64,000 nt of DNA, from IMG/VR virus record IMGVR_UViG_3300006467_000134, positions 1 through 64,000 of that record, one strand, 5' to 3'. Under the pieces are notes generated by a model that ran no database searches, was not told where the DNA came from, and was given only the letters and a program-made list of their open reading frames with translations. This DNA comes from a virus. Its lineage: Duplodnaviria > Caudoviricetes. Positions 1-9,920 of the stretch are shown here, one piece after another (the first letter of the stretch is position 1; each line of letters begins with the position of its first letter). The position numbers were made by a program, and so were the translations under genes.

Positions 1-1
1 C

Positions 2-322
2 AATCGTAGACAAAGGCAGTTTATTGACTGTGATCATGTTTTTTCCAGCATCAAAGATTCTTTAGCAGAAGCTGGAATAAAATTTACTGAAGTAGAAAAC
101 CAGACTCTCTACTTTCCAGTTAAACACACTCAAGTGGAGGACCTCAAGAAACGAGGAATCTTTGTTGTTATGTATGAACAGAATTACTGCATTGCTACCC
201 AGCAGTTGGTATTGGACGTTCATTCGACTGAAAAGACTCCAGAAGAAATCGATGAACTCACCCAACATCAGATGACATCGATCATGATTTATCAACGTAT
301 CAACTTCGAGCGAGATCTTTAA
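2..322 (+). CDS. hypothetical protein, 5'-truncated by window edge
   Basis: Frame is open from base 2 to TAA at 320-322, overlapping the next ATG. Confidence 0.6.
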   Translation, partial: NRRQRQFIDCDHVFSSIKDSLAEAGIKFTEVENQTLYFPVKHTQVEDLKKRGIFVVMYEQNYCIATQQLVLDVHSTEKTPEEIDELTQHQMTSIMIYQRINFERDL

Positions 323-1083
323 TGAGTAAGCCTAAGATTCTCTTGTTTGATATTGAGACAAGACCTATGACTATCCATTCATGGACTGTCTGGAAAGCAA
401 ACGCTTTGGAGGTTTTGGAGAATGTCAAACTTATGTCAGTAGCCTGGAAATGGTTTGGTGAAAAGAAAGTATACTTTGCCGGCCTTCCTGACTATGAGCT
501 GTATGATGACGATCCTTCAGACGATTATGCTGTTGTTCTTGAATTAAGAAATCTCTTGGACGAAGCAGACATCGTAATTGCCCACAATGGAAAAGCTTTT
601 GATATCCCTAGAACTAACGCTAGAATGGCTGTTCATGGAATTGCTCCACCGAGCCCTTACTTGGTAATTGACACTCTTAAGGTTGCCAGAACCTTCTTCA
701 AGTTTGACTCCAATCGTCTTAACGATCTTGGACAAGTACTAGAAGTAGGTAAAAAACTACCTCACACAGGTTTTGACTTGTGGAAGCGTTGTATGCAAGG
801 TGACCCGTCTGCCTGGAAGTTGATGAAAGACTACAACATTCAGGACGTCCAGCTTCTGGAAGACGTTTACGTAAAACTACGTCCGTTCATCCAAGGTCAC
901 CCAAACATGGGTCTGCACTTCGAAAACATGTGTTGTACCAACTGTGGTTCTGAAAACGTACAGCAGCGTGGGTATAAGCACACTAGAACTCGTAGGTACA
1001 AGCAGTACGTGTGTAACGACTGTGGTGCCTGGTGCCGACATCGCCTGTCTGAAAAAGAAAACCTTCCATCCTTGACTAACTAG
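322..1083 (+). CDS. RNase H-like/DnaQ-type 3'-5' exonuclease with C-terminal Zn ribbon
   Basis: FDIET, AHNGKAFD and YNIQDV exonuclease motifs; CTNC...CNDC. Confidence 0.85.
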   Translation: MSKPKILLFDIETRPMTIHSWTVWKANALEVLENVKLMSVAWKWFGEKKVYFAGLPDYELYDDDPSDDYAVVLELRNLLDEADIVIAHNGKAFDIPRTNARMAVHGIAPPSPYLVIDTLKVARTFFKFDSNRLNDLGQVLEVGKKLPHTGFDLWKRCMQGDPSAWKLMKDYNIQDVQLLEDVYVKLRPFIQGHPNMGLHFENMCCTNCGSENVQQRGYKHTRTRRYKQYVCNDCGAWCRHRLSEKENLPSLTN

Positions 1084-1095
1084 AAAGACCGAGCC

Positions 1096-1464
1096 ATGCT
1101 TTCCGTACCTATGCCTGTCGGCGAGATTCTAGACAGGATCTCTATCCTTACTATCCGCCGAAAACGAAAAGGTCTCAGCCAAAACCAACTTGAGTATTTG
1201 GGAGATCTTAAAGAGGCTGTGCGTCACCTTCGTAACTGGGAGGAGTTGTCTGAACAGGTGACTCTTTTGAATCATTACAACGAACTGCTCTGGGAACTAG
1301 AAGATCAGATCAGATCAGTTATTGATCGAGACACTATTGCTAAGACGGCTTTAGAAATCATCAAGACCAATGATTCCCGTTGCGAAGCCAAGGCTCAAAT
1401 CAACCGTTTAACCAATTCTACTGGTGAACTTAAACAGTACACCCGCGGAGCTCAAAATGCTTAG
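1096..1464 (+). CDS. DUF6165-like helical protein
   Basis: VGEILDRISIL...LWELEDQIR...NDSR..K..IN pattern (family name from memory). Confidence 0.65.
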   Translation: MLSVPMPVGEILDRISILTIRRKRKGLSQNQLEYLGDLKEAVRHLRNWEELSEQVTLLNHYNELLWELEDQIRSVIDRDTIAKTALEIIKTNDSRCEAKAQINRLTNSTGELKQYTRGAQNA

Positions 1465-1963
1465 AATGTGTAAATTCTACTCTCTGGAGCCGATTTCTCC
1501 TGAGGTACGCAAGAACTTTACTCTGCCTTCTTGGCCATTTTACAATGGACCTACTGGACCTATCCCACCAGATTGTTTACAATACTTTCAGAAACTGAGA
1601 ATTATTCACTGGAATGATCCCAACAGCAAAGTGAAGAAAGTACCAAACAGCATCATGGTGCCAGACGAAAATGGATATACACCTGATGAATTACAACCTC
1701 CATTGGAAATTAAGGCTTATCGCCACCTGGTTTCGATTGACCTCGACACCTTCAAAGTAGCTGAGATCCCAAAGGAATACCGAGGTGGTATTTCTGATAA
1801 AGATTGGCTTGACTTCTATGGTGACTTTAAGTGGTGGTTAGAGTGTAACACACTTGGGACCATTTACGGAATCTCCAATACAAGAGTAAAGTTTGTGATC
1901 GATGACAAAACTAAAGGACGCGGACTGCATAATCTCCAGAGTTTTCGCCCAGAGACTGGTTGA
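1457..1963 (+). CDS. hypothetical protein
   Basis: ORF with GGAG RBS, coupled to neighbours. Confidence 0.65.
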   Translation: MLRMCKFYSLEPISPEVRKNFTLPSWPFYNGPTGPIPPDCLQYFQKLRIIHWNDPNSKVKKVPNSIMVPDENGYTPDELQPPLEIKAYRHLVSIDLDTFKVAEIPKEYRGGISDKDWLDFYGDFKWWLECNTLGTIYGISNTRVKFVIDDKTKGRGLHNLQSFRPETG

Positions 1964-2384
1964 TGATACTGAGTTGATTGATGAGATTCTGGTTCACTAC
2001 GAAAAAGTAACCGATTATGCCAAGAAACTATACAAGATCCAGAGTGATTTCCCTGATCTTGATATTGAGTTCTGGCAATATCGATTTTCGGAACTTCAGA
2101 ATAAAATCGACCTGTTAAAACAACAGTCAGAAGATGCCAAGGCGGAAGGTCGAAGAGACGATAAAAAGTCTATTGACTCCAAACTTCGAGAACTCAAAGG
2201 TCGTATGAAACTTGACGAGGAAAAACTTAAGCTTCAAGGGATCAAAGGTCTCAAGAATGCTTGCGTAAAACTAGTTGAGTTTCAGGCAGAGCTTAAGAGG
2301 CTATGCAAGACTTTTGAAGCACGGCATTATAGTGAAGACTTCACAGTAGTTGATGCGATTCCCTGCGTAAAGAGGTATCTATGA
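1902..2384 (+). CDS. hypothetical coiled-coil protein
   Basis: ORF track; ATGA overlap with next gene. Confidence 0.65.
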   Translation: MTKLKDADCIISRVFAQRLVDDTELIDEILVHYEKVTDYAKKLYKIQSDFPDLDIEFWQYRFSELQNKIDLLKQQSEDAKAEGRRDDKKSIDSKLRELKGRMKLDEEKLKLQGIKGLKNACVKLVEFQAELKRLCKTFEARHYSEDFTVVDAIPCVKRYL

Positions 2385-2875
2385 TTCTTTTGAGATTTGC
2401 CCAGGCTAGTGATGAAGCCGCAATTAAAGCAATCGAGAACTCATTGCCTAAGGTAGCAGCGTACTCGCCTGATATTCTGGACAAGATAACCCAGCTAGAC
2501 TTCAAACACATAGTTGTTGAAGTTGACAACGAAGTTGTAGGTCATTGCATCTACTCTTCGGAGCCTGGGACTCAAGATATTCAGATCATCCGTATTGCCG
2601 TTCATTCAACTAAACATCGCAAGGGATACGGGTATGCCATGGTTAACTCATTAATAGTGAAAGCCCGGCACACCCATGTCAGTTGTAGAGTTTCTGCAGT
2701 AATCAATGAAACCCGACCGTGGGAGCGACTGTTCTTCTCAGCGTGTGGTCTTATCCTAGTTGAGAAGTGCCAGGGTGAGGACGAGTATCTCATGGAGATT
2801 TCCCACCCCACTGTTGAAATCCAGAAAATCAAGAAACGTCCTCGTTTCTTGGTAAAACCAGACAAGCAGTCTTGA
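2381..2875 (+). CDS. GNAT (RimI-like) acetyltransferase
   Basis: IAVHSTKHRKGYG acetyl-CoA motif A; LFFSACG. Confidence 0.8.
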   Translation: MILLRFAQASDEAAIKAIENSLPKVAAYSPDILDKITQLDFKHIVVEVDNEVVGHCIYSSEPGTQDIQIIRIAVHSTKHRKGYGYAMVNSLIVKARHTHVSCRVSAVINETRPWERLFFSACGLILVEKCQGEDEYLMEISHPTVEIQKIKKRPRFLVKPDKQS

Positions 2876-2900
2876 CGTCAAACTAACCTAGTGCTACAAT
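2872..2900 (+). promoter_or_regulatory. sigma70-type promoter
   Basis: TTGACG-N17-TACAAT. Confidence 0.7.
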
Positions 2901-2901
2901 G

Positions 2902-2935
2902 AGGCCTCAGGGATTTCCCTGTGGCCTTTACTTTT
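2902..2935 (+). terminator. intrinsic terminator-like hairpin
   Basis: AGGCC-TCAGGG-ATTT-CCCTG-T-GGCCT followed by a T-rich tail. Confidence 0.5.
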
Positions 2936-2948
2936 GTTCGGAGTATTT

Positions 2949-3488
2949 ATGAAGACAATTATTTTCAACGGTCCTCCAAGATCAGGCAAAGATGAATGTT
3001 GCCGGATCCTTATGGGTCTCCATAGTTTCATGCCAACTAAGATTGCGGATCCTCTGGTTGAGGCGGTAGCAAAAACTCTTGGGCTCAGTAAAGAACAGAC
3101 AGATTATTATCGGGAAGCTGGTAAAGACGAACCCATTTTTAATGGACTGTCATTTCGAGACATGTTGATCAACTACTCCGAGAAGGTAGCTATTCCCCGG
3201 CATGGGAAAAACTACTGGATCGAACAGTGGCACGAGAATGTGACAAAACATAGTCACAGGTTATTTTCAATCTCAGATATGGGGTTTGACCGTGAGCTCA
3301 AATACTTAGATGAGAGATACTCCGCGAATGAGATCTGTATTGTTCGCCTGGAGAGACCTGGAAAGACGTTTGAGAATGATTCCCGCGATTATGTCTATCG
3401 CTTCGACTACAAGATAGTGAACGACGGATCATTGTCTGATTTGTATACAGCAGTTGACAAAGTTGCAAAGGACTTCCTACAAGGTTAA
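2949..3488 (+). CDS. deoxynucleoside monophosphate kinase
   Basis: NGPPRSGKD P-loop, IADPL, ISDMGF.E, IVNDGSL. Confidence 0.8.
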   Translation: MKTIIFNGPPRSGKDECCRILMGLHSFMPTKIADPLVEAVAKTLGLSKEQTDYYREAGKDEPIFNGLSFRDMLINYSEKVAIPRHGKNYWIEQWHENVTKHSHRLFSISDMGFDRELKYLDERYSANEICIVRLERPGKTFENDSRDYVYRFDYKIVNDGSLSDLYTAVDKVAKDFLQG

Positions 3489-3490
3489 TT

Positions 3491-3745
3491 ATGGATCTTT
3501 TTATGGTTTCCGGTTTTGCCGGTCGCGATCAGATATTCATCGTAGCCTTCAATGAATATGAGGCTTGGGATTACCTGAAAGAACAACACGGACTTGATTT
3601 TTTCCGCAGCCGTTTTCCAATTATGAGAAAGCTAGACGAAAATGAATGTGTGGAAGTGAACAACACAGAAATGGGAGTTGGTGTATACATCTCCTATTGG
3701 CCCAGCGAAGGAATTGTTGAAGAGGAAATGCAACTATGTCTTTAG
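3491..3745 (+). CDS. hypothetical protein
   Basis: ORF in operon. Confidence 0.6.
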   Translation: MDLFMVSGFAGRDQIFIVAFNEYEAWDYLKEQHGLDFFRSRFPIMRKLDENECVEVNNTEMGVGVYISYWPSEGIVEEEMQLCL

Positions 3746-4569
3746 ATGATCACTATTATCACTTAGCTGATGGGATCCTTGAGTATGGCGAAGACTCAGA
3801 GGACCGCACTGGTACCGGCACTCGCCGGCGATTTGGAACACGACTGTTTTACCTTGCCCGCCCAACAGAATTTCCTATTCTGACGACAAAGTACATCAGT
3901 TTTAAGGCGGTCTACGATGAGCTGAAGTGGTTCTATAGTGGAAGCACAAAAGTTTCAGACTTGCCGAAGCATATTCAGCACTGGTGGAAGCCATTTGCCG
4001 ACGAATCTGGCGATATTGGTCATTCCTATGGAAAGAACCTGCGTACTTTTCCGGACTACCAATATCCTGGCATCACCCACGACCAACTGGGTGGCGTTCT
4101 AAGGTCTCTGACCGAAAATACGACGAGCCGTCGTCACATCATGTCTACATGGAATCCAGGTAGTGTGCCCGACCTTACGCTACCGCCATGCCATGGTTTG
4201 GTGATTCAGTTCTACGTTACAAAGTTTGGACAACTCAGGATGCAGACGTACCAGCGATCTGCTGATGTTTTCTTGGGTCTGCCAATTAACTTGAGTCACT
4301 ATGCGTTGCTTCTCAACATGGTTGCTTTTTCTACTGGTTTGGATCCACATAGTATTGTCTATATCATAGGCGACACTCATATTTACAATGATCACATTCC
4401 ACTGATTACTGAGCAGCTGTCTCGGGAGCACTATGAGCCTCCAGGACTATTTATCAACGCCAAAAAGTATAACGACCCTCTCGAAACATTCCTGAACATT
4501 GAGTTCTCAGACCTAGAATTGGTCGGATATAAAAGTCACCCAAAAATTAAAGGAAACATGTCTGTATGA
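3736..4569 (+). CDS. thyA: thymidylate synthase
   Basis: DRTGTGT, LPPCH, YQRSADVFLGLPIN, GDTHIY; Asn in the dUMP-specificity position. Confidence 0.97.
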   Translation: MSLDDHYYHLADGILEYGEDSEDRTGTGTRRRFGTRLFYLARPTEFPILTTKYISFKAVYDELKWFYSGSTKVSDLPKHIQHWWKPFADESGDIGHSYGKNLRTFPDYQYPGITHDQLGGVLRSLTENTTSRRHIMSTWNPGSVPDLTLPPCHGLVIQFYVTKFGQLRMQTYQRSADVFLGLPINLSHYALLLNMVAFSTGLDPHSIVYIIGDTHIYNDHIPLITEQLSREHYEPPGLFINAKKYNDPLETFLNIEFSDLELVGYKSHPKIKGNMSV

Positions 4570-5825
4570 AAACGTCATTGACCAACGAGAATTATTGCTG
4601 CGAGATCATTGAACTGCCGGTTATTGAGACCGTCGAAGGCTTCGATAATCTGGGAGCAGTTTATCTCTATGGATACACAGCATTAGTCCCAAAAACGATG
4701 AATCCTGGCGAAAAATGCTTGTTTTTCACTGCAGAATCACAAATTTCAGAGAAATTTTGTCACGAAAACAACCTGTTTCGAGACAACAATCTGAACAAAA
4801 ACACTGAGGAAAAGGGGTATTTTGAGCCTACTAGACGTGTTAAGGCCTTAAAAATGAAGGGGGTAATCTCATCTGCACTTATTTTGCCAGCGGATTCTCT
4901 TCCAGAGGCTAAAGATCTTCCAATTGGAACGCGATTTAACTACATTTCTGGACATGAGCTAGTTAAAAAGTACCAAGTGCCTCAGAATTCGTCAGGTCTT
5001 GGAGGAAAATCCAGAAAAGGTAAGGGTACTAAAGTACTTCGAGCGACAACAGAGCATTTTCCAAAGCATTTCGACACCAGCAACTACCACAAAAACAAGA
5101 AATTTTTGCCTGAGGTTGGCACCTACTATGTGAGCCAGAAACTGCATGGAACCTCCGCTAGATTCGGTAACGTAAAGGTGAGTAAAGCTGCCCGGATTCG
5201 AGACCGCATTGCCTCATTCTTTGGTGTTTCTGTTGAATCGAAAGAATACAAATTTATTGCTGGCAGTCGAAAGGTTGATTTCCTACCAAATATCGGAAAA
5301 GTACCAAAATGGCACTCCGATGAGTCTGGAAATGTTTGGGAGTACTGGCGTAAGAAACTCGTTGGTAAAATACCTAAGGACTTTATCGTTTACGGTGAGA
5401 TTGTTGGGTACTATGGAAAAAAAGAGATCCAGGCGGGCTTTGATTACGGGTTCAAACCTGGTGAATCTGGATTTTTCGTCTATCGTGTAGTTCATATTAC
5501 AGACAACGGTCTCGCGATTGACTTATCTTGGGACCAAGTTACTCAGTTTTGCTCTCATAACGGACTGTCTATTGTGCCCACTATTACATGTCCGGAGGCA
5601 AACCTTGAATGGATTGAAATGTTCATGGATTCCCGTTCAGATACACGTTTGAATGATTACTATCCAGGATTTCTTCCCGTCAAAAAAGTTGACGAGGGTT
5701 TTTGCGTACGAGTTGATGGATACCCAGGGCCTCTTGTGTTAAAATACAAGTTTCCTAAGTTTTTAGCGTATGAAACCGGGCAACTAGATAAAGGGATAGT
5801 CGATATTGAATCACTCGAAGTGTAA
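4566..5825 (+). CDS. RNA ligase, Rnl2/DRB0094-like with N-terminal OB-type domain
   Basis: QKLHGTS motif I, YGEIVG, FFVYR, DEGFCVR, KYK. Confidence 0.85.
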   Translation: MKTSLTNENYCCEIIELPVIETVEGFDNLGAVYLYGYTALVPKTMNPGEKCLFFTAESQISEKFCHENNLFRDNNLNKNTEEKGYFEPTRRVKALKMKGVISSALILPADSLPEAKDLPIGTRFNYISGHELVKKYQVPQNSSGLGGKSRKGKGTKVLRATTEHFPKHFDTSNYHKNKKFLPEVGTYYVSQKLHGTSARFGNVKVSKAARIRDRIASFFGVSVESKEYKFIAGSRKVDFLPNIGKVPKWHSDESGNVWEYWRKKLVGKIPKDFIVYGEIVGYYGKKEIQAGFDYGFKPGESGFFVYRVVHITDNGLAIDLSWDQVTQFCSHNGLSIVPTITCPEANLEWIEMFMDSRSDTRLNDYYPGFLPVKKVDEGFCVRVDGYPGPLVLKYKFPKFLAYETGQLDKGIVDIESLEV

Positions 5826-5949
5826 ACATAATTGGGTGACATTCGGATTTCCACTGATAACACCTGATGGAATCTTTTACTATCAGAAGTGCTCTGAATG
5901 CCCAGCGTTTCGCAGCACTAAACCTCGAAACAAGGAATACAAAAAATGA
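5806..5949 (+). CDS. small Cys/His-rich protein (47 aa, below ORF-track cutoff)
   Basis: TTG start, MNHSKCKHNW...KCSEC...KK; stop overlaps next ATG. Confidence 0.5.
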   Translation: MNHSKCKHNWVTFGFPLITPDGIFYYQKCSECPAFRSTKPRNKEYKK

Positions 5950-6170
5950 CAGAGCGTAACCCAACAGAAGCCGAAGAGGCATATTCCGGCTTCAAAAGTT
6001 CGTTGATCCACACTTTGGCTTCCTTGAATCATATAGTCATTGACGAGCCTGAGGGATACCATGATCTTCCTGAAGAGTTCAGGCAGGCCCACAACCACAT
6101 GCACTCCCAACTACTAAGTATGAGGCAATTGTGTGACAAAATCGAAAAGGATAATCCTGGATCACCTTAA
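5946..6170 (+). CDS. hypothetical protein
   Basis: ORF with RBS. Confidence 0.6.
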   Translation: MTERNPTEAEEAYSGFKSSLIHTLASLNHIVIDEPEGYHDLPEEFRQAHNHMHSQLLSMRQLCDKIEKDNPGSP

Positions 6171-6450
6171 CTACTTGCTTGAGAGCCAGGATTATGATAC
6201 ATTGGTACTAATCAACCTTCGGTTGAGTCAAATAATGACTGAAGTACGAGAACAGATTTACCCAGAGGAAAAAATGGACGAAGAATACTTGGATTTGGTG
6301 GAGCAATGTGAAACTTGCGAAGGCTGCGGGCGAGAAACCTGCGAACCAGTCTTTGATGAGGAAAACAATCCATGGTGTAAGCAGTGTTTTGTCTGGGATG
6401 AAGAGCCCACAGAGGATCTTGAGCAATTTGAGGACGATTCTGATGAGTGA
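6133..6450 (+). CDS. acidic Zn-finger protein
   Basis: CEGC...CKQC. Confidence 0.55.
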   Translation: MTKSKRIILDHLNYLLESQDYDTLVLINLRLSQIMTEVREQIYPEEKMDEEYLDLVEQCETCEGCGRETCEPVFDEENNPWCKQCFVWDEEPTEDLEQFEDDSDE

Positions 6451-6580
6451 TTCTTCCAGAAAGTTGCTTGAAGGCATTAAGGAAGAGCTAGAAATGCTGA
6501 TTTCTTGGCCTTATACAGGGTATGCTCGGGCCGTTTTTCAACGTTGGCACTCCGCAATAGAGGAGATTTTGAGTGAATAA
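6443..6580 (+). CDS. hypothetical protein
   Basis: Coupled ORF. Confidence 0.5.
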   Translation: MSDSSRKLLEGIKEELEMLISWPYTGYARAVFQRWHSAIEEILSE

Positions 6581-7142
6581 AGTGTGTTTTTTGGACCTAG
6601 ACGGCATCATTTGCAACTTTGTCCAAGGATTGATCGACTTTCATGGACTAAATATCCACCATGATGACTGGACTTGTTGGAATTTTCATCGTCAACTAGG
6701 AATGACAGACAACGATCTGTTTGGACCGACTGAGAACGGCACATTTTGGCGTAAATTAAAGCCATACCCTTGGGCAAATAGGGTGATAAACCGGATTGAA
6801 GAAAGTGGATACAAGATTATCTTCGCCACATCCCCAAATCAGGATCCAAAATGTGCTTCCCAGAAGGTTCACTGGTTAATTGACCATGGATTCATGGAAA
6901 AATCTTCACGAAACTACAACATCGGGCATTACAAAGAGTATTTATCCCAACCTGGGACGATTTTGGTTGATGATAAGCCTGAAAATTGTCAAAAATTCGA
7001 CAAAGGTCTAGGTAACGCCCATTTGTTCGAGCAACCTTGGAATTCAAGCCGCCCTTTATGGGTCGCTCGCCTCACAAATCTGGATATTTTCCTGAATGAC
7101 CAAAAAAGTCAGGACTTTTTAACAACTCCCAACGAAATCTGA
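6573..7142 (+). CDS. 5'(3')-deoxyribonucleotidase, HAD/NT5C family
   Basis: FLDLDG, ATSP, LVDDKPEN, QPWN. Confidence 0.88.
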   Translation: MNKVCFLDLDGIICNFVQGLIDFHGLNIHHDDWTCWNFHRQLGMTDNDLFGPTENGTFWRKLKPYPWANRVINRIEESGYKIIFATSPNQDPKCASQKVHWLIDHGFMEKSSRNYNIGHYKEYLSQPGTILVDDKPENCQKFDKGLGNAHLFEQPWNSSRPLWVARLTNLDIFLNDQKSQDFLTTPNEI

Positions 7143-7150
7143 AGAAAAAT

Positions 7151-7663
7151 ATGACAATTGTAGCTGCTCGCAAGTATTCAGACTGTATTTTGTTCTCGTG
7201 TGATAGCCAGGTAACCCGGGGTAATCGAAAAACAACGCCACCAAACCTCCAAGCCAAGAAAATTTTCACTTCCGGTGAGATGACTATCGGAGGAGCCGGT
7301 CTGTTATCGGATCTCCAATGGCTCCACAAGTATTCTGAGAGCCATGGAGTAGGAACCAACGTAAATGAGTACTCTATTTCTGAGTACATGACAGATTTTG
7401 TTCGCTGGATGCGGAAGCTCGATTCAAATTACCAGTGCAAATCAGATTTTCTAATAGCTCATGGTACCAATTTGTTCGAATGCTTTGAAGCAACTTCCGT
7501 ATTTGTAGTTCCTGAGTATTCTTGTATTGGGAGCGGGCGTGATTTTGCCTTAGCAGCCATGTACCTGAATAACACACCCGAACAAGCCTGTACTGTAGCA
7601 ACAGCTTTTTGTCTATACTGCCAAGGACCTGTTTCAACCTACCGCCATCAATTTGGAAAGTAA
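7151..7663 (+). CDS. Ntn-hydrolase, HslV/proteasome beta-subunit-like
   Basis: N-terminal Thr (MTIVAA), DSQVT, KIF, IGSG..FALAAM. Confidence 0.8.
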   Translation: MTIVAARKYSDCILFSCDSQVTRGNRKTTPPNLQAKKIFTSGEMTIGGAGLLSDLQWLHKYSESHGVGTNVNEYSISEYMTDFVRWMRKLDSNYQCKSDFLIAHGTNLFECFEATSVFVVPEYSCIGSGRDFALAAMYLNNTPEQACTVATAFCLYCQGPVSTYRHQFGK

Positions 7664-7665
7664 CC

Positions 7666-7860
7666 ATGGGATTAGATGTAGTTCGTATTGCAGCCAACGA
7701 AGTTCAGCTTGCTTTGAAAGAATTGGAGGCTTGTGATAACATTGACAAGTTAGACACCATCTTCCAACGGGGTTTGGATGCCTGGGAAGCTCTGTCAAAT
7801 GCCAAGCAAGCCCAACTGGACATGTTTATTGAGGATCCTACTGATGTACGAGATAATTGA
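7666..7860 (+). CDS. hypothetical protein
   Basis: ORF in operon. Confidence 0.55.
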   Translation: MGLDVVRIAANEVQLALKELEACDNIDKLDTIFQRGLDAWEALSNAKQAQLDMFIEDPTDVRDN

Positions 7861-8485
7861 CGTACCTGCTGAGCGATCCGCCAGCCACCCCATGCGACTG
7901 ATTAAGGACTTGGAAGAACGTATGCCAAGGAATCACCCATACCGTGACTCCGCTCCTGTTACATACGCTCATGAGACCACACATGGACTTAACTCCAGGC
8001 TTCGCAACAAGTATGCGAACCGAGGTAAGGTTAATTGCTTTTACTTGTATGACGGCAAGGCTTTGATTACTGATGAGCCAGACTTTGATCTGCGGTCAAT
8101 TGCTCCGCAGATTCCTGCTCAACTCCGTGGAAACATCTACCAACTTTACGTTGTCAACCAGGCTCGTAGTTGGAATGACAGACCTCTGTATTTATTTGAC
8201 GAATGGTCTGCTTATCAAAATGGATGCCTTCTCCGCAATTCTGAGAAACTTGTTGATCGGGCAGATTCCATCACGAGTATGATTGAGATGTCGGCATACT
8301 GTGCCTACATTGTATTGACTAAGTTTGACGACTATGGTGTTAGCGGAACGTATGAGTATCTTGCTAGGCGAATGAAGGACATCTATGATGCCTCTGCCGG
8401 CAAACAGGCAGCCGCGTCTTACATTGCACAACTAAAGGATACAGATGTCGAAGCCTTTCTGTATAAAAATGGGGTACGCTTTTGA
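7844..8485 (+). CDS. putative zinc metallopeptidase (gluzincin-like)
   Basis: AHETTH plus downstream DEWSAY. Confidence 0.55.
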   Translation: MYEIIDVPAERSASHPMRLIKDLEERMPRNHPYRDSAPVTYAHETTHGLNSRLRNKYANRGKVNCFYLYDGKALITDEPDFDLRSIAPQIPAQLRGNIYQLYVVNQARSWNDRPLYLFDEWSAYQNGCLLRNSEKLVDRADSITSMIEMSAYCAYIVLTKFDDYGVSGTYEYLARRMKDIYDASAGKQAAASYIAQLKDTDVEAFLYKNGVRF

Positions 8486-8784
8486 TTGTATTTCTTCTAC
8501 TCGTGTCCATGCTTTACGATGCACCATGGCCTGACTATCAGTTGCCTAAGGTTCATCTGAAAAGGATTTCTCCTAACTACATGGAGATACGTGGAGAAGT
8601 AGATGACATTATTGACTTTGTTGAGCGAGTAGATGACAAGATTATCCCTGGCTGGAGATCTTGGCACTACATGCAAATCGCACACGAGATGAGAAAAACT
8701 ATGATCTACCGTCGTGGTTATCATACGATGTATATAGGTCGCCACTACAAGGTGTTTTATGAATGTCTGACAACCCAAAGATAA
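8482..8784 (+). CDS. hypothetical protein
   Basis: Coupled ORF, hydrophobic N-terminus. Confidence 0.55.
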   Translation: MIVFLLLVSMLYDAPWPDYQLPKVHLKRISPNYMEIRGEVDDIIDFVERVDDKIIPGWRSWHYMQIAHEMRKTMIYRRGYHTMYIGRHYKVFYECLTTQR

Positions 8785-9164
8785 ATGAGTTTTACGTATA
8801 CCCCATGCCTTTGAATGAGTTTGGGGAAGGACCGGAAACGGAACCTAGTGAAGTGAAAGGATTTGTATTCCAAGTCTGGAGCGACTGCAACATTACTTGG
8901 GGTGAATACTCTACATGGAGGGAAGCTGAATTTAACGCCGCTCGTTTGAATCAGTTAGTTAGTTTGTTTCATTCACATAAGGCTGTCTATGTTCAGCTAC
9001 GCCCTACTGATGGATTTCGCTTGTCTCCCAGAAAGATCTTGAACATCCATAAAGGAATGCTAACTATTGAGATCTGGGAACGAGAAATGCACCTTCCCTT
9101 TGACAGTTCGATGATTGAATACTACACGCTTGAGCCAAAATCAGGAAGTCCTCAATCATGGTAG
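8763..9164 (+). CDS. hypothetical protein
   Basis: ORF track. Confidence 0.6.
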   Translation: MSDNPKINEFYVYPMPLNEFGEGPETEPSEVKGFVFQVWSDCNITWGEYSTWREAEFNAARLNQLVSLFHSHKAVYVQLRPTDGFRLSPRKILNIHKGMLTIEIWEREMHLPFDSSMIEYYTLEPKSGSPQSW

Positions 9165-9409
9165 ATATCATTATTGGATGGGTATTACTAATTGGATTTC
9201 TTGCCTGGTATCCCATTTTGTTTTATATCCTGGCACGGTATAAGAAAGAAATAGGACCAGACACTGGTATACTACTTATGCTTGGAGGGTTCCTCTGGCC
9301 TTTCACACTTTTACTAATTGCCGTGTTTTCTTTGATGGACTTTGCGTGTAGTCTGGGTGAAAGACATAGGTTGCAAGATGAAGAAAAAAGACGTTCGGAC
9401 CAAATCTGA
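9158..9409 (+). CDS. small 2-TM membrane protein (WP motif)
   Basis: Two hydrophobic helices, FLWP. Confidence 0.65.
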   Translation: MVDIIIGWVLLIGFLAWYPILFYILARYKKEIGPDTGILLMLGGFLWPFTLLLIAVFSLMDFACSLGERHRLQDEEKRRSDQI

Positions 9410-9920
9410 CTTCCTACGACGTTGGCAAAAAGGCGAATTCGGTAATCGCCTGCGAGTCTGGGAAAATATCAATGAAATTGATTGTCCACTTGTTGGCATT
9501 AGATATAAAATCCAAGAATCTAAATTCATGGTGTATGGTGTTGCCCGATCTGACGTAGCAGAAAGAGTCTCTGCTATGGTCTCCCAGGGAGCCTCCAGGG
9601 AATTATTCTACTTTGGGGAAGCAGCACCTGACGAAGATTTAATTCTGCAGGGAGAACTTCAGCAATCCGTAGGACACTACGATCTGTGTTATAGCACGGT
9701 CAAAGATCGAATGCGTGTCGCTATGAAACATCAACAGTACTGCAGTGGTCTACAGGTGGTCCACACCCTACGAAACCATTGTACAGAGGGAAGCTACCAC
9801 GACCTAATGCAGCTTCTGGAGGACTATCCCGACCACATTGTGGAATTCAGCGTGTACCGCTATTGTCTTGGTGATACTCCTGGTAGAAACACTCTGATAT
9901 GGGAGGTTAGAAAATACTAA
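9378..9920 (+). CDS. hypothetical protein, possibly ATP-grasp-like
   Basis: C-terminal VEFS...IWEVRxY pattern. Confidence 0.55.
   Translation: MKKKDVRTKSDFLRRWQKGEFGNRLRVWENINEIDCPLVGIRYKIQESKFMVYGVARSDVAERVSAMVSQGASRELFYFGEAAPDEDLILQGELQQSVGHYDLCYSTVKDRMRVAMKHQQYCSGLQVVHTLRNHCTEGSYHDLMQLLEDYPDHIVEFSVYRYCLGDTPGRNTLIWEVRKY

Noticed and set aside
3736-4569. dCMP hydroxymethylase (modified base)
   Set aside because: Has the Asn typical of dUMP-specific ThyA
5832-5894. Structured RNA after the RNA ligase gene
   Set aside because: Imperfect hairpin better explained by a coupled 47-aa ORF (5806-5949)
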